A DNA stretch of 40,874 bases from Dicyema japonicum (Eukaryota; Animalia; Dicyemida): positions 29,777 to 70,650 of the forward strand of contig RDEW01000092.1 of the NCBI GenBank assembly GCA_011109175.1, read 5' to 3'. The position numbers and the translations under genes are program-made. Within the stretch, counting starts at the first letter, position 1. Each line of letters starts with the position of its first letter. This document shows positions 24,700-36,164 of this stretch, in pieces. The notes beneath the pieces were generated by a model. The model did not search any database. It worked only from the letters and a program-made list of their open reading frames with translations, and had not been told where the DNA came from.

Positions 24700-26550
24700 A
24701 AATAACTTACTCCCACTTAGAAACGAGGTACTTACTAAGTAACCAAATAAGACCATTTCCGAGAAGGACTGGACTGACTTTATCGAGAATGCCTACAAAA
24801 AATCTATTGAGTCTACGGACGACTTCATTTTTCGATCATTTGTACCATTCTGTCTCACTTAAGGACTTAATTTCGTCAATTTTTAAGATCCCCGACCACG
24901 TGGCGCTGCCGTGTGATAAAGAAGGCGACAAATATACAAGAGAATGCGACCCTTCTGACAATGAAGTAAATGAGTTGGTGGAAAGATCCTCTCAGGTTGT
25001 CATTGTGGTCACTTAGATTTCGCTTGAACTCATCGATAATAATGATAATATAAGGGACCTTGAAAATTGTATCGAGAAACTGGAGTTTTTGTTAAATGAC
25101 GATTAGTTTTTTGATGTTCTTTATTAAATTTGCTTCCATATTTAAATTCGGTGATTTTTAGTCCGGTAGTTAAGTTTTTTACCGATGTTGCCTGACAACC
25201 ACGGATCATTCTACGGAGACATAGATTTGGAGTTGTCTCAGAGGGGGAAACAATTATATGGACTATAAGAAGGACAATAATGGAGGGTACACTGCTTTTT
25301 ATTTTTCAGGTTGCAACGCTTTTGCATGACAGTTCCATTGTGAAAGTGTATTGGTGGTGACGTACCTTAATAACAGGATATGAATATGTATCTTCATGAC
25401 GTGTGAAGGTCTCATCGCTAAAATTGTGGTCTCTGAAGACTTGGATACACTAAGTTTTGAACTAAAAAATGTCGGATGATCAAAGTCTTGGAGTTCAAAT
25501 TGGTCATGTTCTCATTTAACTTGAGAAAGTATCGATTTAAGGAACGTGTGATTGTTGCTAATAAACTGATACTCTTCATTAGTTTATTTATCGGTTAAAC
25601 TGATTATTTGAGCCAATGCAAGTCCATGTTGGTCCAATTCTGCCTCCCTAAATTTTTTCGACAAACTATAGATTCAAAACATAATGAATAACGTAATAGT
25701 CTTCTTTTGAAATAAAAAGATGGGTCCTTTGTGACTCTCGCATGACTATTGGGCGTCTCCTGTGTTAAGTTGATCCGATGAAGTGTTTGGTGGATACTAG
25801 AAGGAAGAGAATCTTTAATCAAGTAACCGCATGGTACATCCCAATAATGAAAATCAAAGTTCCACAAGGAGTACTTAAGACAGTTGGAAGACGATAAAAC
25901 ATCAAAGGAAAAAATCTTAAAATATGTTCTTTGGACTCCTCTTGTTCAGTCAATTCTAAGATAATAACGGAGAGTAAAAGACACTGCTTCAGCATAACCC
26001 TGGTCGTTATTTCAACTGTTGATCCAAGAAATTCTCATAATGTATTAAATCAGGTCAAATGTGGAGAGGGGTGATGTTTTGATAGCTTTCAGCTTCAGGA
26101 TGCAGCCTCATTCAAATAATCGGTCTTCCTGTTTTATATATACGGACAAAAATTCATGAGTCTTATAATGACCATAAAATTTAAGTTGATTTTCGTCATT
26201 CTTCCATCAGTTTAAAAAGGGTCCAGCTTTGCAGTTGGGTTCGCTAGATCCTTATTGCAGTTGTTTAGGTTAAATACTGTATGAAAACCAAATAGGGAAC
26301 GAATTCTGTCTTCTCTGTATTTGTTTATTCAAAATTTGACTCTATCAGAGAACAAATAAAATAATAAAATTGGCATCGTCAGGTTTTCTGTCTGATATTG
26401 ATTGGGCTCATACTTTGGAGTATTTCTTAGCTACATTATAGTTGAAAGTAATCCATATAAAAATGGACCAAGGATACTGCCGTTTTACATTTTAGGTTTT
26501 TGTGATTTTTATCATCATCTTAGGTGGCATTAAGGAATCTGCTGTGTCTC
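24700..26550 (+). mobile_element. Decayed CRE-type RT region, copy 2
   Basis: QIRPFP..GLTLSRM and KLII..ASPCWSNSASLNFFDKL, which matches the RT-thumb SPCW...FD segment. Confidence 0.55.
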
Positions 26551-26599
26551 ATCCAATTATTAGACATCTCCATTGTGACCTTTCAGACATAAAGCTTCC

Positions 26600-27070
26600 A
26601 ATGGGAGCTACCCTTTATGATCGCAAGCCAAATCTTCCGTAGACATCTTGTCACTTTAGACTCTCCTTTGCTCACTCATATAAGCCGCCTGATCAGCCAG
26701 ATAAATTTTGCTGTGCCGGAGTCATGTACGCTAAACTTCTCTTTGGGTTATAAGTGGATTTTTAACATCTTTTTAAATCTATTTTGTAATTTTGATACAT
26801 TATTTATTTACCCCCAGTTTTTTTAATGAAGGAAACTGGTGGCTATTTCTAAAGAGACGATCAAAAAGAACTATTCACTCTACTTCACTAGGTGACAATC
26901 CCTATTCCAGGCTTGTTCTCACCTTTCAAAAATATGTCCTCATATCGACACACGGAAAACAAACTGATTTTAGTCTTCCAAATAAAGTCAAACAGGAATT
27001 GGTCAATCTACCGGCTTTTCTAGTAAAAATGATTGACACCAGTTTGAATCGTCAAACCCACTATTAACCA
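26600..27070 (-). mobile_element. Degenerate CRE RLE
   Basis: Minus strand ...TAKFIWLIRRL...TRCLRKIWLAIIKGSS; paralogue of 28680-29150. Confidence 0.55.
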
Positions 27071-27269
27071 CTTTATTCCTAGGGTATATCTAAACAGTAC
27101 GATTAAACCAAAATGTATAATAATGGCCTCTTCGCTCTGTTATTTGAAAACATCTCCCTGAAGATATTGAGATTTATGGGTCAACTTCCCGAGTCTTTAA
27201 AATCTTCTCAGATATTTTTTAATTTTAAAGTTTTCTTAAATCAGTAAAGTCAGTTTTTTGAAAAAAGTC

Positions 27270-27620
27270 TTCAGTATAGCTTGCAGGTATTGGGATATAC
27301 ACCTTATGATTGCGAGCCCGATGTTCTAGAAGTGCCATCGTCTCTTTCTAAGCTTTCCCTTCTGCAGTCCTAAAAACAGAGCGATTAATTTGAAAAAACT
27401 CAGACGTGCTCAGGCCAATCACGTCAGACGTCTCAAATAAGATCGGCTGGAGTGCGAACCGATCCCAAATGTCGCAGTACTTACATCTTTTCGAATCTTC
27501 AACAGTATTCGTTGCAGAAATAACTTAAGGAGATTTGCGTTTGAGAAAGTGTCCGTGCATGTTCAATCCCAAACAAGACACCTCCCTTGGTTCTACGGCA
27601 ATGTTTCTCAACGGGGTCAC
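27270..27620 (-). mobile_element. CRE RLE fragment
   Basis: QGRCLVWD*TCTDTFSNANL..EDSKRCKYCDIWDRFALQPILFETSDVIG..NIGLAIIR. Confidence 0.8.
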
Positions 27621-27719
27621 TAGAAAAATTCAGAGGGTCTCCATGAATTTAAGTTTACAAATAAATAAAATTATATATTAAAAATTTGATTAATATTTGC
27701 ATTGTAAATTTGTCGCAAT

Positions 27720-28110
27720 GTGTTCTTCATGCTGGCCAAATTGCTTTATCTCGCTGATATTCCCTTATATGTACTCGCAACACTTCTTTAAGGACTCTAC
27801 AGTTAATTCACGAGACATAGTCAGGCAGTGAGTCGACTGTGTTTGTAACGAATCAATATGTCTTCAAAAGCATAATGATTAGTGGATAGAAGAACATAAC
27901 CTCTGCACGATTATAATTCCTGTCGATGTATTTCTTGTTATATGTTAGTGTCCCTTTTCCAAGGATGTCAAAAAAGAGAAACTCAATATGATTTCTGATG
28001 CTCTGGAATAGGTAAACAGTCAATTTAGTGTAGGAATCTACAAACAAGGAGGCGTAATTGTTAGACATGGGAGATTGGGGCACATTTTTTCATAGTGGTC
28101 TATAAGGTGG
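27720..28110 (-). mobile_element. Possible collapsed Penelope-like element remnant (also about 29805-30480)
   Basis: PQSPMSNNYASLFVD (GSPxSxxxAxLF-like), IEFLFFDIL (LPFLD-like) and LRVHIREY (LxxRIxEH GIY-YIG-like) occur in the expected order. Weak. Confidence 0.3.
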
Positions 28111-28679
28111 ATTACTGGGTGATTATTAGGNTTAAATCAGGTCAAATGTGGAGAGGGGTGCTGTTTTGATAGCTTTCAGCCTCAGGATGCAGCCTCATTC
28201 AAATAATCGGTCTTCCTGTCTTATATATACGGACAAAAATTCATGAGTCTTATAATGACCATAAAATCTAAGTTGATTTTTGTCATACTTCCATCAGTTT
28301 TGAAAGGGTCCAGCTCTGCATTTGAGTTCGCTAGATCCTTATGGCAGCTGTTCAGGTTAAATACTGTATGAAAACCAAATAGGGAGAGAATTCTGTCTTT
28401 TCTGTATTTGTTTATTCAAAATTGACTCCATCAGAGAACAAATAAAATAATAAATTTGGCATCGTCAGGTTTTCTGTCTGATATTGATCGGGATCATACT
28501 TTGGAATATTTCTTAGCTACATTATAGTTGAAAGCACTTCATATAAAAATGGACCAAGGAAACTGCCGTTTTACATTTTAGGTTTTTGTGATTTTTATCA
28601 TCATCTTAGGTGGCATTAAGGAATCTGCTGTGTCTCATTCAATTATTAGACATCTCCATTGTGACCTTTCAGACATTTA

Positions 28680-29150
28680 GCTCCCTATGGGAGTTACCCC
28701 TCATGATCGCGAGCCAAATCTTCCGTAGACATCTTGTCATTTTAGGCTCTCCCTTGCTCACTCATATAAGCCGCCTGATCAGCCAGATAACTTTGCTGTG
28801 CCGGAATCATGCACACCAAACTATTCTTTGGGTTATACGTGGATTTTTAAAATCTTTTTTAATCTATTTTGTAAACTGAATACATTATTTATTTACCCCC
28901 AGTTTTTTCAAAGAATGAAACTGGTGGCTAATTCTAAAGAGAAGATCGAAAGAACTATTCACTCCACTTCACCAGGAGACAATCCCTATTCCAGCCTTGT
29001 TCTCACCTTTCAAAAATATGTCCTCATACCTAAACACGGAAAACAAACTGATTTTAGTCTTCCAAATAAAGTCAAACAGGAATTGGTCAATCTACCGGCT
29101 TTTCTAGTAAAAATGATTGACACCAGTTTGAATCGTCAAACCCACTATTA
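28680..29150 (-). mobile_element. Degenerate CRE RLE
   Basis: FGVHDSGTAK..IRRLI*VSKGEPKMTRCLRKIWLAIMRGNS. Confidence 0.62.
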
Positions 29151-29354
29151 ACCACTTTATTCCCAGGGTATATCTAAACAGTACGATTAAACCAAAATGT
29201 ATGATAATGGCCTATTCGCTCTGTTATATGAAAACATCTCCCTGGAGATATTGAGATTTATGGGTCAACTTCCCGAGTCTCCAAAATCTTCTCAGATATT
29301 TTTTAATTTTAAAGTTTTCTTAAATCAGTAAAGTCAGTTTTTTGAAAAAAAGTC

Positions 29355-29700
29355 TTCAGTATAGCTTGCAGGTATTGGGATATACACCTTATGATTGCGA
29401 GCCCGATTTTCTAGAAGTGCCATCGTCTCTTTTCAAGCTTTCCCTTCTGCAGTCCTAAAAACAGAGCGATTAATTTGAAAAAACTCAGACGTGCTCAGGC
29501 CAATCACGTCAGACGTCTCAAATAAGATCGGCTGGAGTGCGAACCAATCCCAAATGTCGCAGTATTTACATCTTTTCGAATCTTCAACAGTATTCGTTGC
29601 AGAAATAACTTAAGGAGATTTGCGTTTGAGAAAGTGTCCGTGCATGTTCAATCCCAAGCAAGACACCTTCCTTGGCTCTACGGCAATGTTTCTGAACGGG
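29355..29700 (-). mobile_element. CRE RLE fragment (paralogue of 27270-27620)
   Basis: Near-identical sequence with TCTDTFS and QPILFETS. Confidence 0.78.
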
Positions 29701-30550
29701 GTCACTAGAAAAATTCAGAGGGTCTCCATGAATTTAAGTTTAAAAATAAATAAAATTATATTTTAAAAATTTGATTAATATTTGCATTGTAAATTTGTCG
29801 CAATGTGTTCTTCATGCTGGCCAAATTGCTTTATCTCGCTGATATTCCCTTATATGTACTAGCAACACTTCTTTAAGGACTCTACAGTTAATTCACGAGA
29901 CATATTCAGGCAGTGAGTCGACTGTGTTTGTAACGAATCAATATGTCTTCAAAAGCATAATGATTAGTGGATAGAAGAACATAACCTCTGCACGACTATA
30001 ATTCCTGTCGATATATTTTTTGTTATATGTTAGTGTCCCTTTTCCAAGGATGTCAAAAAAGAGAAACTCAATATGATTTCTGATGCTCTGGAATAGGTAA
30101 ACAGTCAATTTAGTGTAGGAATCTACAAACAAGGAGGCGTAATTGTTAGACATGGGAGATTGGGGCACATTTTTTCATAGTGGTCTAAACAGTCAATTTA
30201 GTGTAGGAATCTACAAACAAGGAGGCGTAATTGTTAGACATGGGAGATTGGGGCACATTTTTTCATAGTGGTCTATGGAAAGGTGGATTACTGGGTGATT
30301 ATTAGGTTGAAGTCTTGTAGGAAGTGAACAATCAAATCAACTCATTAAGGGAATTGAATAAAGGTGACTTTTTTCGGAGAACAGGCGTTACTTTAGTAAT
30401 ATTGAATCTTCCAGTTTGGCTGGAGTGGGACTAAAAGACATGAAAATATTAAAAACTTTATGATTAGGAAGATTCGGCCATGTAGAACTAGTAATAATAA
30501 AATAATAAAGGAAAAGTTCTAGTTAGGACATCAAAATTTGTATCAAAGTG

Positions 30551-30784
30551 TCATATAGTAAACTCCCACCAAGAACTGCATAATATACAGGAAAAGCACA
30601 TTTAATTTAATTGATTAACCCCGAATACACCGAGAAAGAAGTTAAAGTAAACAACTAATTAAATGTATCATATAGTAAACTCCCACCAAGAACTGCATAA
30701 TATACAGGAAAAGGACATTTAATTTAATTGATTAACCCCGAATACACCGAGAAAGAAGTTAAAGTAAACAACTAATTAAATGTA
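30551..30784. repeat. Near-perfect tandem duplication, 117-nt unit x2
   Basis: 30551-30667 is repeated at 30668-30784. Confidence 0.9.
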
Positions 30785-31156
30785 TCCAGTTTCCACTTCT
30801 ACTGAAAGAGTCCATCCGGAATCAGCATAAAGGGTAAAGAGTTTCAGTTGTGGAAACCCTTCCAGTGGAGTGGGGGAGAGCAAATGATCTTTTTTCGTGC
30901 CGTCCTAGCACTGGGCGCCACCTAGACAGGTGGATCACATGACGCCACTCTAATAGGAAGAGAGAGGAGGAAAAGCCGAACAAAACAGAAACTTCAATCA
31001 ATTAGCCACGAAGCACCACATGGCGCCACGCGGCTAGGATTTTTAATCTAGGAAAACGACATAATATTGTTATATAATAATCTCCACATAATAATTTTAA
31101 ATTTATTGAAACAAAAAATTAAATATAAAAAAAATAAAGTGATTATATTATTACAG

Positions 31157-31996
31157 TTAGATTATTTACTACATTCTGAGATTCACGATTTGTATATTTA
31201 CTAGAGGAGGTCACTTTGGGAGGAGAACCATGGGTTAATTACGAAAAAGTCACTCTTTTACTTAATTTAGGTAGCATTTCTTCGAGGAGACAACCAGATT
31301 TTCTTTGGGATGTGTTATAATGACCATTGGGTACCTGCACACTAATGGTATCGTCTACAGATACATGAAGTTGAAAACCTAATGATTGACTCACAGGGAT
31401 ACATTAAAATGGTTAATTTCCTCTTATTTTAGGATGACTTTGGATTTGCTAAGAAACTTTCTAAATGCTTTAAACATAGACACTCTATGGTACTCTTGAA
31501 TATGTAACCTCTGAAATAGCCCTCAACAAAGTACATGACTGCTGTAGATTATAGGTCTTTGGGGTACTCATATTTGAGTAACTAAGTGAAAGGTAATCTT
31601 ATTTACTCACTACAGTCTCACATTTGTTGACAAAGATCCATTATTAATGTACAAACAGATCTTTAAAGTAATCGCCTCCATTGACTATCCTCGATTTGTC
31701 GGCTTACGAGTTCGTAGTTTCATGTCTTCAGTATTTAAACCCTCACTTTTTGAACGTCTTGGATTTACTAAAAATAATATTGATGAGATTAAAACACATC
31801 CGTATATTCTATCTTTTATATTTCAGATGTTTCAGGGATTTGATGCCTAAGCTGTCTTCTTTAAAACTTAAGAATAGTTTACTCCCCATTGTAATGATTC
31901 ATGTGAGTTTTAGATTTGAATTCCACTGATACCAGAAATTTCTATAAATTTCAACCAGAACATGATTTACCTGAAGTACCTTCTGGATGGGACTCG
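31157..31996 (+). pseudogene. PRKG: cGMP-dependent protein kinase (PKG family, AGC) catalytic-domain pseudogene with micro-introns
   Basis: RLFTTF*DSRFVYLL..LGGEPW, TTRFSLGCV..YLHTNGIVYR, ENLMIDSQGYIKM-DDFGFAKK, GTLEYVTSEIALNKVHD, DPLLMYKQI, ERLG..NNIDEIKTHP, FQGFD, DTRNF and terminal SGWD. LGGELW and SGWD are PKG-typical. Introns at 31249-31270, 31412-31432, 31593-31615 and 31802-31826. Multiple stops and frameshifts; catalytic RD reads RY. Confidence 0.9.
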
Positions 31997-32175
31997 GTTA
32001 CGGGTTCGATTCTCGATGATGTTCACCTGGTGGAAGGTTCCACGCATCTACGATGCTAAAAGGGCTTGACGAGTGACGCCGTCATCAGTGGACATTCATT
32101 GCTGAACTAGATCGTCTATAAAGTACATACACCAAAGAAAAAGAAAACAAAGAAGTGAAGAGTATTCCTTGATCC
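31997..32175 (+). mobile_element. tRNA-related SINE-like repeat
   Basis: Pol III B-box-like gggttcgattc at the 5' end, core ttgacgagtgacgccgtcatcagtgga and an A-rich 3' part. Inverted copies at 34952-35060, 11225-11345 and 22125-22245. Confidence 0.6.
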
Positions 32176-32287
32176 TTTCTCAATTAGCTATTATAACTGT
32201 TCTTTGCTTAAAATAAAGTGTATGCATCTGCCTGTGGGGAGCGATCGATGTCTGATATTTATTTGTCGTATACTTTTAAATTCATAC

Positions 32288-32632
32288 TTTTTACGACAAA
32301 AGTGAAATCACAAATCTAATAACCAGAGAGATTTATGAGTTCTTAAAAATCTGATGTTCATTATACGAGGAGAGGAAGGACAACAGGAATGTCGAGTTTC
32401 TGCTAAGAGTCTGTAGTCGTCTCTTCTATTCGGAATCAGTTGCTGCCGGACACCCTTCTATGCCGGAATCAGTCAGAAAGGTGCTAGTAACGAACTAATT
32501 AGGGGATAACGCTAACTATTGGAATCAGTCGCTGCCGGATACCCTTCTATGCCGATTCGCACAAGAACAGAAAGATGGTCGTTTCATCGAATCAGTCGAT
32601 TTTTTACGACAAAAGTACACTCCCAAATCTAA
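32288..32632. repeat. Small nested direct-repeat structure
   Basis: Outer pair of about 32 nt (tttttacgacaaaagt..caaatctaa) at 32288 and 32601. Inner 34-nt pair ggaatcagtYgctgccggaYacccttctatgccg at 32432 and 32521. Partial gaatcagtc units near 32466 and 32589. Confidence 0.7.
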
Positions 32633-32859
32633 GTGGAGCACCGACATGGGATGAACTTTCAAGAGAGTGATGTTAGTGTGGTCATTCATTTCCTACAACA
32701 AGTTGAGGATGACGGAATTGTGCCCATAGAACAACAATGCTGGAGTGAAGATCAGATTAGTAATATTGATCAAGAGATTGCAGATAGAGATCTAAGGAAT
32801 GGCACAAAACAAAAGTGAATAAATTAATACAGCCAATCAATTTTAAATAGTTTAATTCT

Positions 32860-33299
32860 GATTTTTGGCTTTAATGTTCAACTTTGACAACTTCAAAGTA
32901 GCCAAGTTAGGCTAAAAGATCGATACTCATATATTTATGATTAATTTAAAATTGGTTGATCCTTGATACCAGTAATCAAGATCTATAAACAAAATTGACA
33001 GCGCAGGAAGCTAAAATAAAAATTAACTAACAAAAATAGATATCTCCCAAGATTTAAATCGAATAAAAAACGAAAATNTTTTGATTTTTGGCTTTAATGT
33101 TCAACTTTGACAACTTCAAAGTAGCCAAGTTAGGCTAAAAGATCGATACTCATATTTTATGATTAATTTAAAATTGGTTGATCTTTGATACCAGTAATCA
33201 AGATCTATAAACAAAATTGACAGCGCAGGAAGCTAAAATAAAAATTAACTAACAAAAATAGATATCTCCCAAGATTTAAATCGCATAAAAAACGAAAAT
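32860..33299. repeat. Direct duplication of about 220 nt split by the n at 33078
   Basis: 32860-33077 versus about 33082-33299. Confidence 0.92.
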
Positions 33300-33557
33300 A
33301 ATACAAAAAGTAGATATCAGATAGTGATAAAGAACTGGCAAAAATCTCCTGTGCTACATCAGAAATTTTATATAAACTTGAATCTTGAAGAGATGGGTCT
33401 TTCTTGGAGAGATGGTTTTTTGACAGCATTTTTTAGACTTGTTTATTTATTTATATCTTGGATGACTGAGATTGACAGAAATAAGGTAATACAAATCAGT
33501 TCCTGCAATCGAGTGAAACATCTAACGTCTGTGGTCTTTATTAAGAAACAATGCCTT

Positions 33558-34625
33558 CTCTCACAATGTCGTTATCTGGAGACAAGTTCTGGAACGAGTC
33601 ATGATCAAGGGGTTAGTTAGTTTGGTTACCCTTGGTCTTTGGAATAATTTTTTTAATGAAACGTGAAAATAATTGTCGTTTATTGTTGTAACGTCGAAAA
33701 TTTCCGATTCTAAGAGTTTCTTCAATTGTTAATAAATATCCAAAAAATTACTTTGATTGTCTTGTTTCGTAATAAATTGTTTTTTTCAAAAATAACTAAA
33801 ATAGTAATTTCTCAGTTTGATCATTGTATTTGAATAACTGGCAACATCCTGTGAAGTGGAGAGGTCACAAAATTTTAACGATAGAAATTTCCTACTCAAA
33901 AATGAAAAATATTATCTAATTTCTGTTTTAACAAATAAAATTTAAATTTTTAAGTCAACTTTTTTTTGATTGTTCCACTCGCCGTTGAGACGTCTGGTTC
34001 CCTTGTCTTTGCGAAGTTGGAATTCTTGAGTCGTCTAGGGAATCGGATTTTACACGATCATAAGATCTCCGTGAGCGCTGCTAGTNTTGTCTCACAATGT
34101 CGTTATCTGGAGACAAGTTCTGGAACGAGTCAGGATCAAAGGGTTAGTTAGTTTGGTTACCCTTGGTCTTTGGAATAATTTTTTTAATAAAACGTGAAAA
34201 TAATTGTCGTTTATTGTTGTTGTAACGTCGAAAATTTCCAATTCTAAAAATTTTTTCAATTGTTAATAAATATCCAAAAAATTACTTTGATTGTCTTGTT
34301 TCGTAATAAATTGTTTTTTTTCAAAAATAACTGAAAAAGTAATTTCTCCGTTTGATCATTGTATTTGAATGGCTAACAACATCCTGTGAAGTGGAGAGGT
34401 CACAAAATTTTAACGATAGAAATTTCCTACTCAAAAATATTAACTAATTTCTGTTTTAACAAATAAAATTTAAATTAACTTTTAATTTTTAAGTCAACTT
34501 TTTTTTGATTGCTCCACTCGCCGTTGAGACGTCTGGTTCCCTTGCCCTTGCGACGTTGGAATTCTTGAGTCGTCTAGGGAATCGGATTTCTACACGATCA
34601 TGAGATCTCCGTGAGCGCTGCTAGT
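33558..34625. repeat. Direct duplication of about 530 nt split by the n at 34086
   Basis: 33558-34085 versus about 34090-34625. Confidence 0.92.
33965..34085 (+). mobile_element. CRE RLE 3' fragment
   Basis: IVPLAVETSGSLVFAKLEFLSRLGNRI. Confidence 0.82.
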
Positions 34626-34685
34626 TATTTGAGCGAAGCTCGCTCGTCATCCTGAGAGGTAATAGCTGCGCAGTCAGGGCCAAAA
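34505..34685 (+). mobile_element. CRE RLE 3' end
   Basis: PLAVETSGSLALATLEFLSRLGNRISTRS*DLRERC*LFERSSLVILRGNS. Confidence 0.85.
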
Positions 34686-34951
34686 TCACCAGGTAAACTA
34701 ATTAAAAAGAAAGGTGATCTTGCTTCTCTCAGAATATTCTCATCTTTTCCCAGGTGTTGCTCTCGGGAACCGACACTGCTCTCGGAATCTATTCCCGGTG
34801 TTGCTCTCATTACGATAATAACATAGTTAACTATTACATAAATAAATAATAATAATAAAGCCTTTTCACGAGAGCCATAGTATTTATAGATCCGCATAGG
34901 CAGGACACACACTTTATTTAAGTAAAGAACAGTTAATTTTAACTAATCGTA

Positions 34952-35060
34952 GAACCAAGAAATGATCTTCACTTCTTTTTTCTTTTTCTTGTGTGAGTGT
35001 CCTTTCTAGACAATCCAGTTCCGCAGTGAGTATCCACTGATGACGGCGTCACTCGTCAAA
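34952..35060 (-). mobile_element. SINE-like repeat copy
   Basis: Reverse complement closely matches 32068-32175. Confidence 0.65.
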
Positions 35061-35589
35061 CAACTATTACATTATTATGGATGTTTTTATCAGAACAGAT
35101 ATACCTCATTAATTGAGCCGGCCATTAAATAAATATTATATAATGATTTCATTTTATTACAGAAACTGAAATATCATCACTGATTTAGCTGGCTATTGTG
35201 TAAGTGTGCTGTTTCAAGAAACGAAAATTATCTAATATTCTATTACGAAAATGTATGATTATTATATATTTAATCTTATCGTCCACATTACGGGTTTGAT
35301 TTTGCATCCACATAGGTATTTATTTCCAACCACTAATAAAATCATTCTAATTATAAATGTTAAAAGTGCACTTAATCTATGGTGCTTGAATGATGCTGTT
35401 TCTTCTCACAATAGTTATTGAGATACGCTCTCGAAGCCATCACTTTAACATGGATCTACGGTGACCCTTTTCTTTTAGCAATTTTTAATTTATGAACATT
35501 AAAAATAAGACAATTTAAATCAAAAGCATGCTTAAATAGTTAAAGTTTTTGCAATTTGAAAAAGTTTATTCATCAATTAAAATTAGAAC

Positions 35590-35660
35590 AAGTGGTCTCC
35601 ACTAACATAATCGACGTTGCATTGCCTTTTACGATTGCAACGGATATTAACTGGAGAAAA
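35590..35660 (-). mobile_element. CRE extreme 3' end (also 38672-38745)
   Basis: FLQLISVAIVKGNATSI; same subfamily as 45-136. Confidence 0.65.
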
Positions 35661-35699
35661 TTTTTTTTATTTTGATAAAAAAAATACTCCTGGAGATGT

Positions 35700-35900
35700 C
35701 ACACATTTTGTGTATAGCCCGCATGTGTCGAAAAAGAAACAATTTCAGATGTCAATCTCTTCCACACACCTCTATCATTAAATAGAACTCTAAAAGAATC
35801 CTGGTCGTCAGCGGAATTCAGTTTTAACTTTACATTTTTGAGGTCCTATTGGACGACGACTGATAATGTAACCCTAGGCATTACACGGAAAAGGTAGCGT
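35700..35900 (-). mobile_element. RTE-like LINE C-terminal fragment
   Basis: Paralogue of 38780-38980. Confidence 0.5.
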
Positions 35901-36164
35901 TGTTTTCCTTAGTTTTGTTAATAGTAACGTGGATTATCTTTAATTCCTTTAAATAAGGATTTGATTTATTAGTAAAGAAAACATTTTATTAATATTTTAT
36001 TCATTGGTTGATTTGGGTGAACCAATTTCGACTAAACCAGTGAGTATAAGTAACTTTGGAGAACATTTCTGGATAGATTTGCTTGTGAATAAAACACGGA
36101 TTTGTATTTTTTGTAATTTTTCAACAAAATGATCTCAAATTGCCCTGTTTTTTAGCATTAATAN

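Larger units (their letters stand above)
23532..27652. repeat. Composite block, copy 2
   Basis: Collinear with 16973-21291, with indels. Confidence 0.95.
26045..30305. repeat. About 2.1-kb direct duplication split by the n at 28131
   Basis: 26045-28130 versus 28132-30305. The second copy carries an extra 88-nt tandem unit (30098-30273). Confidence 0.95.

Noticed and set aside
31157-31996. Stop-codon reassignment (ciliate-type code) explaining the in-frame stops
   Set aside because: Stops align to W, L and K positions as single-base changes rather than consistently to Q, and frameshifts co-occur, so these are pseudogenes.
31997-32020. tRNA gene
   Set aside because: Only a B-box/T-loop-like motif, with no cloverleaf.
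32432-32600. CRISPR-like repeat-spacer array
   Set aside because: Only two full repeats, irregular spacing, eukaryotic context and no cas genes.
35030-35065. ctgatga plus hairpin as a hammerhead ribozyme
   Set aside because: No GAAA core follows stem II in any copy and no stems I/III are evident.
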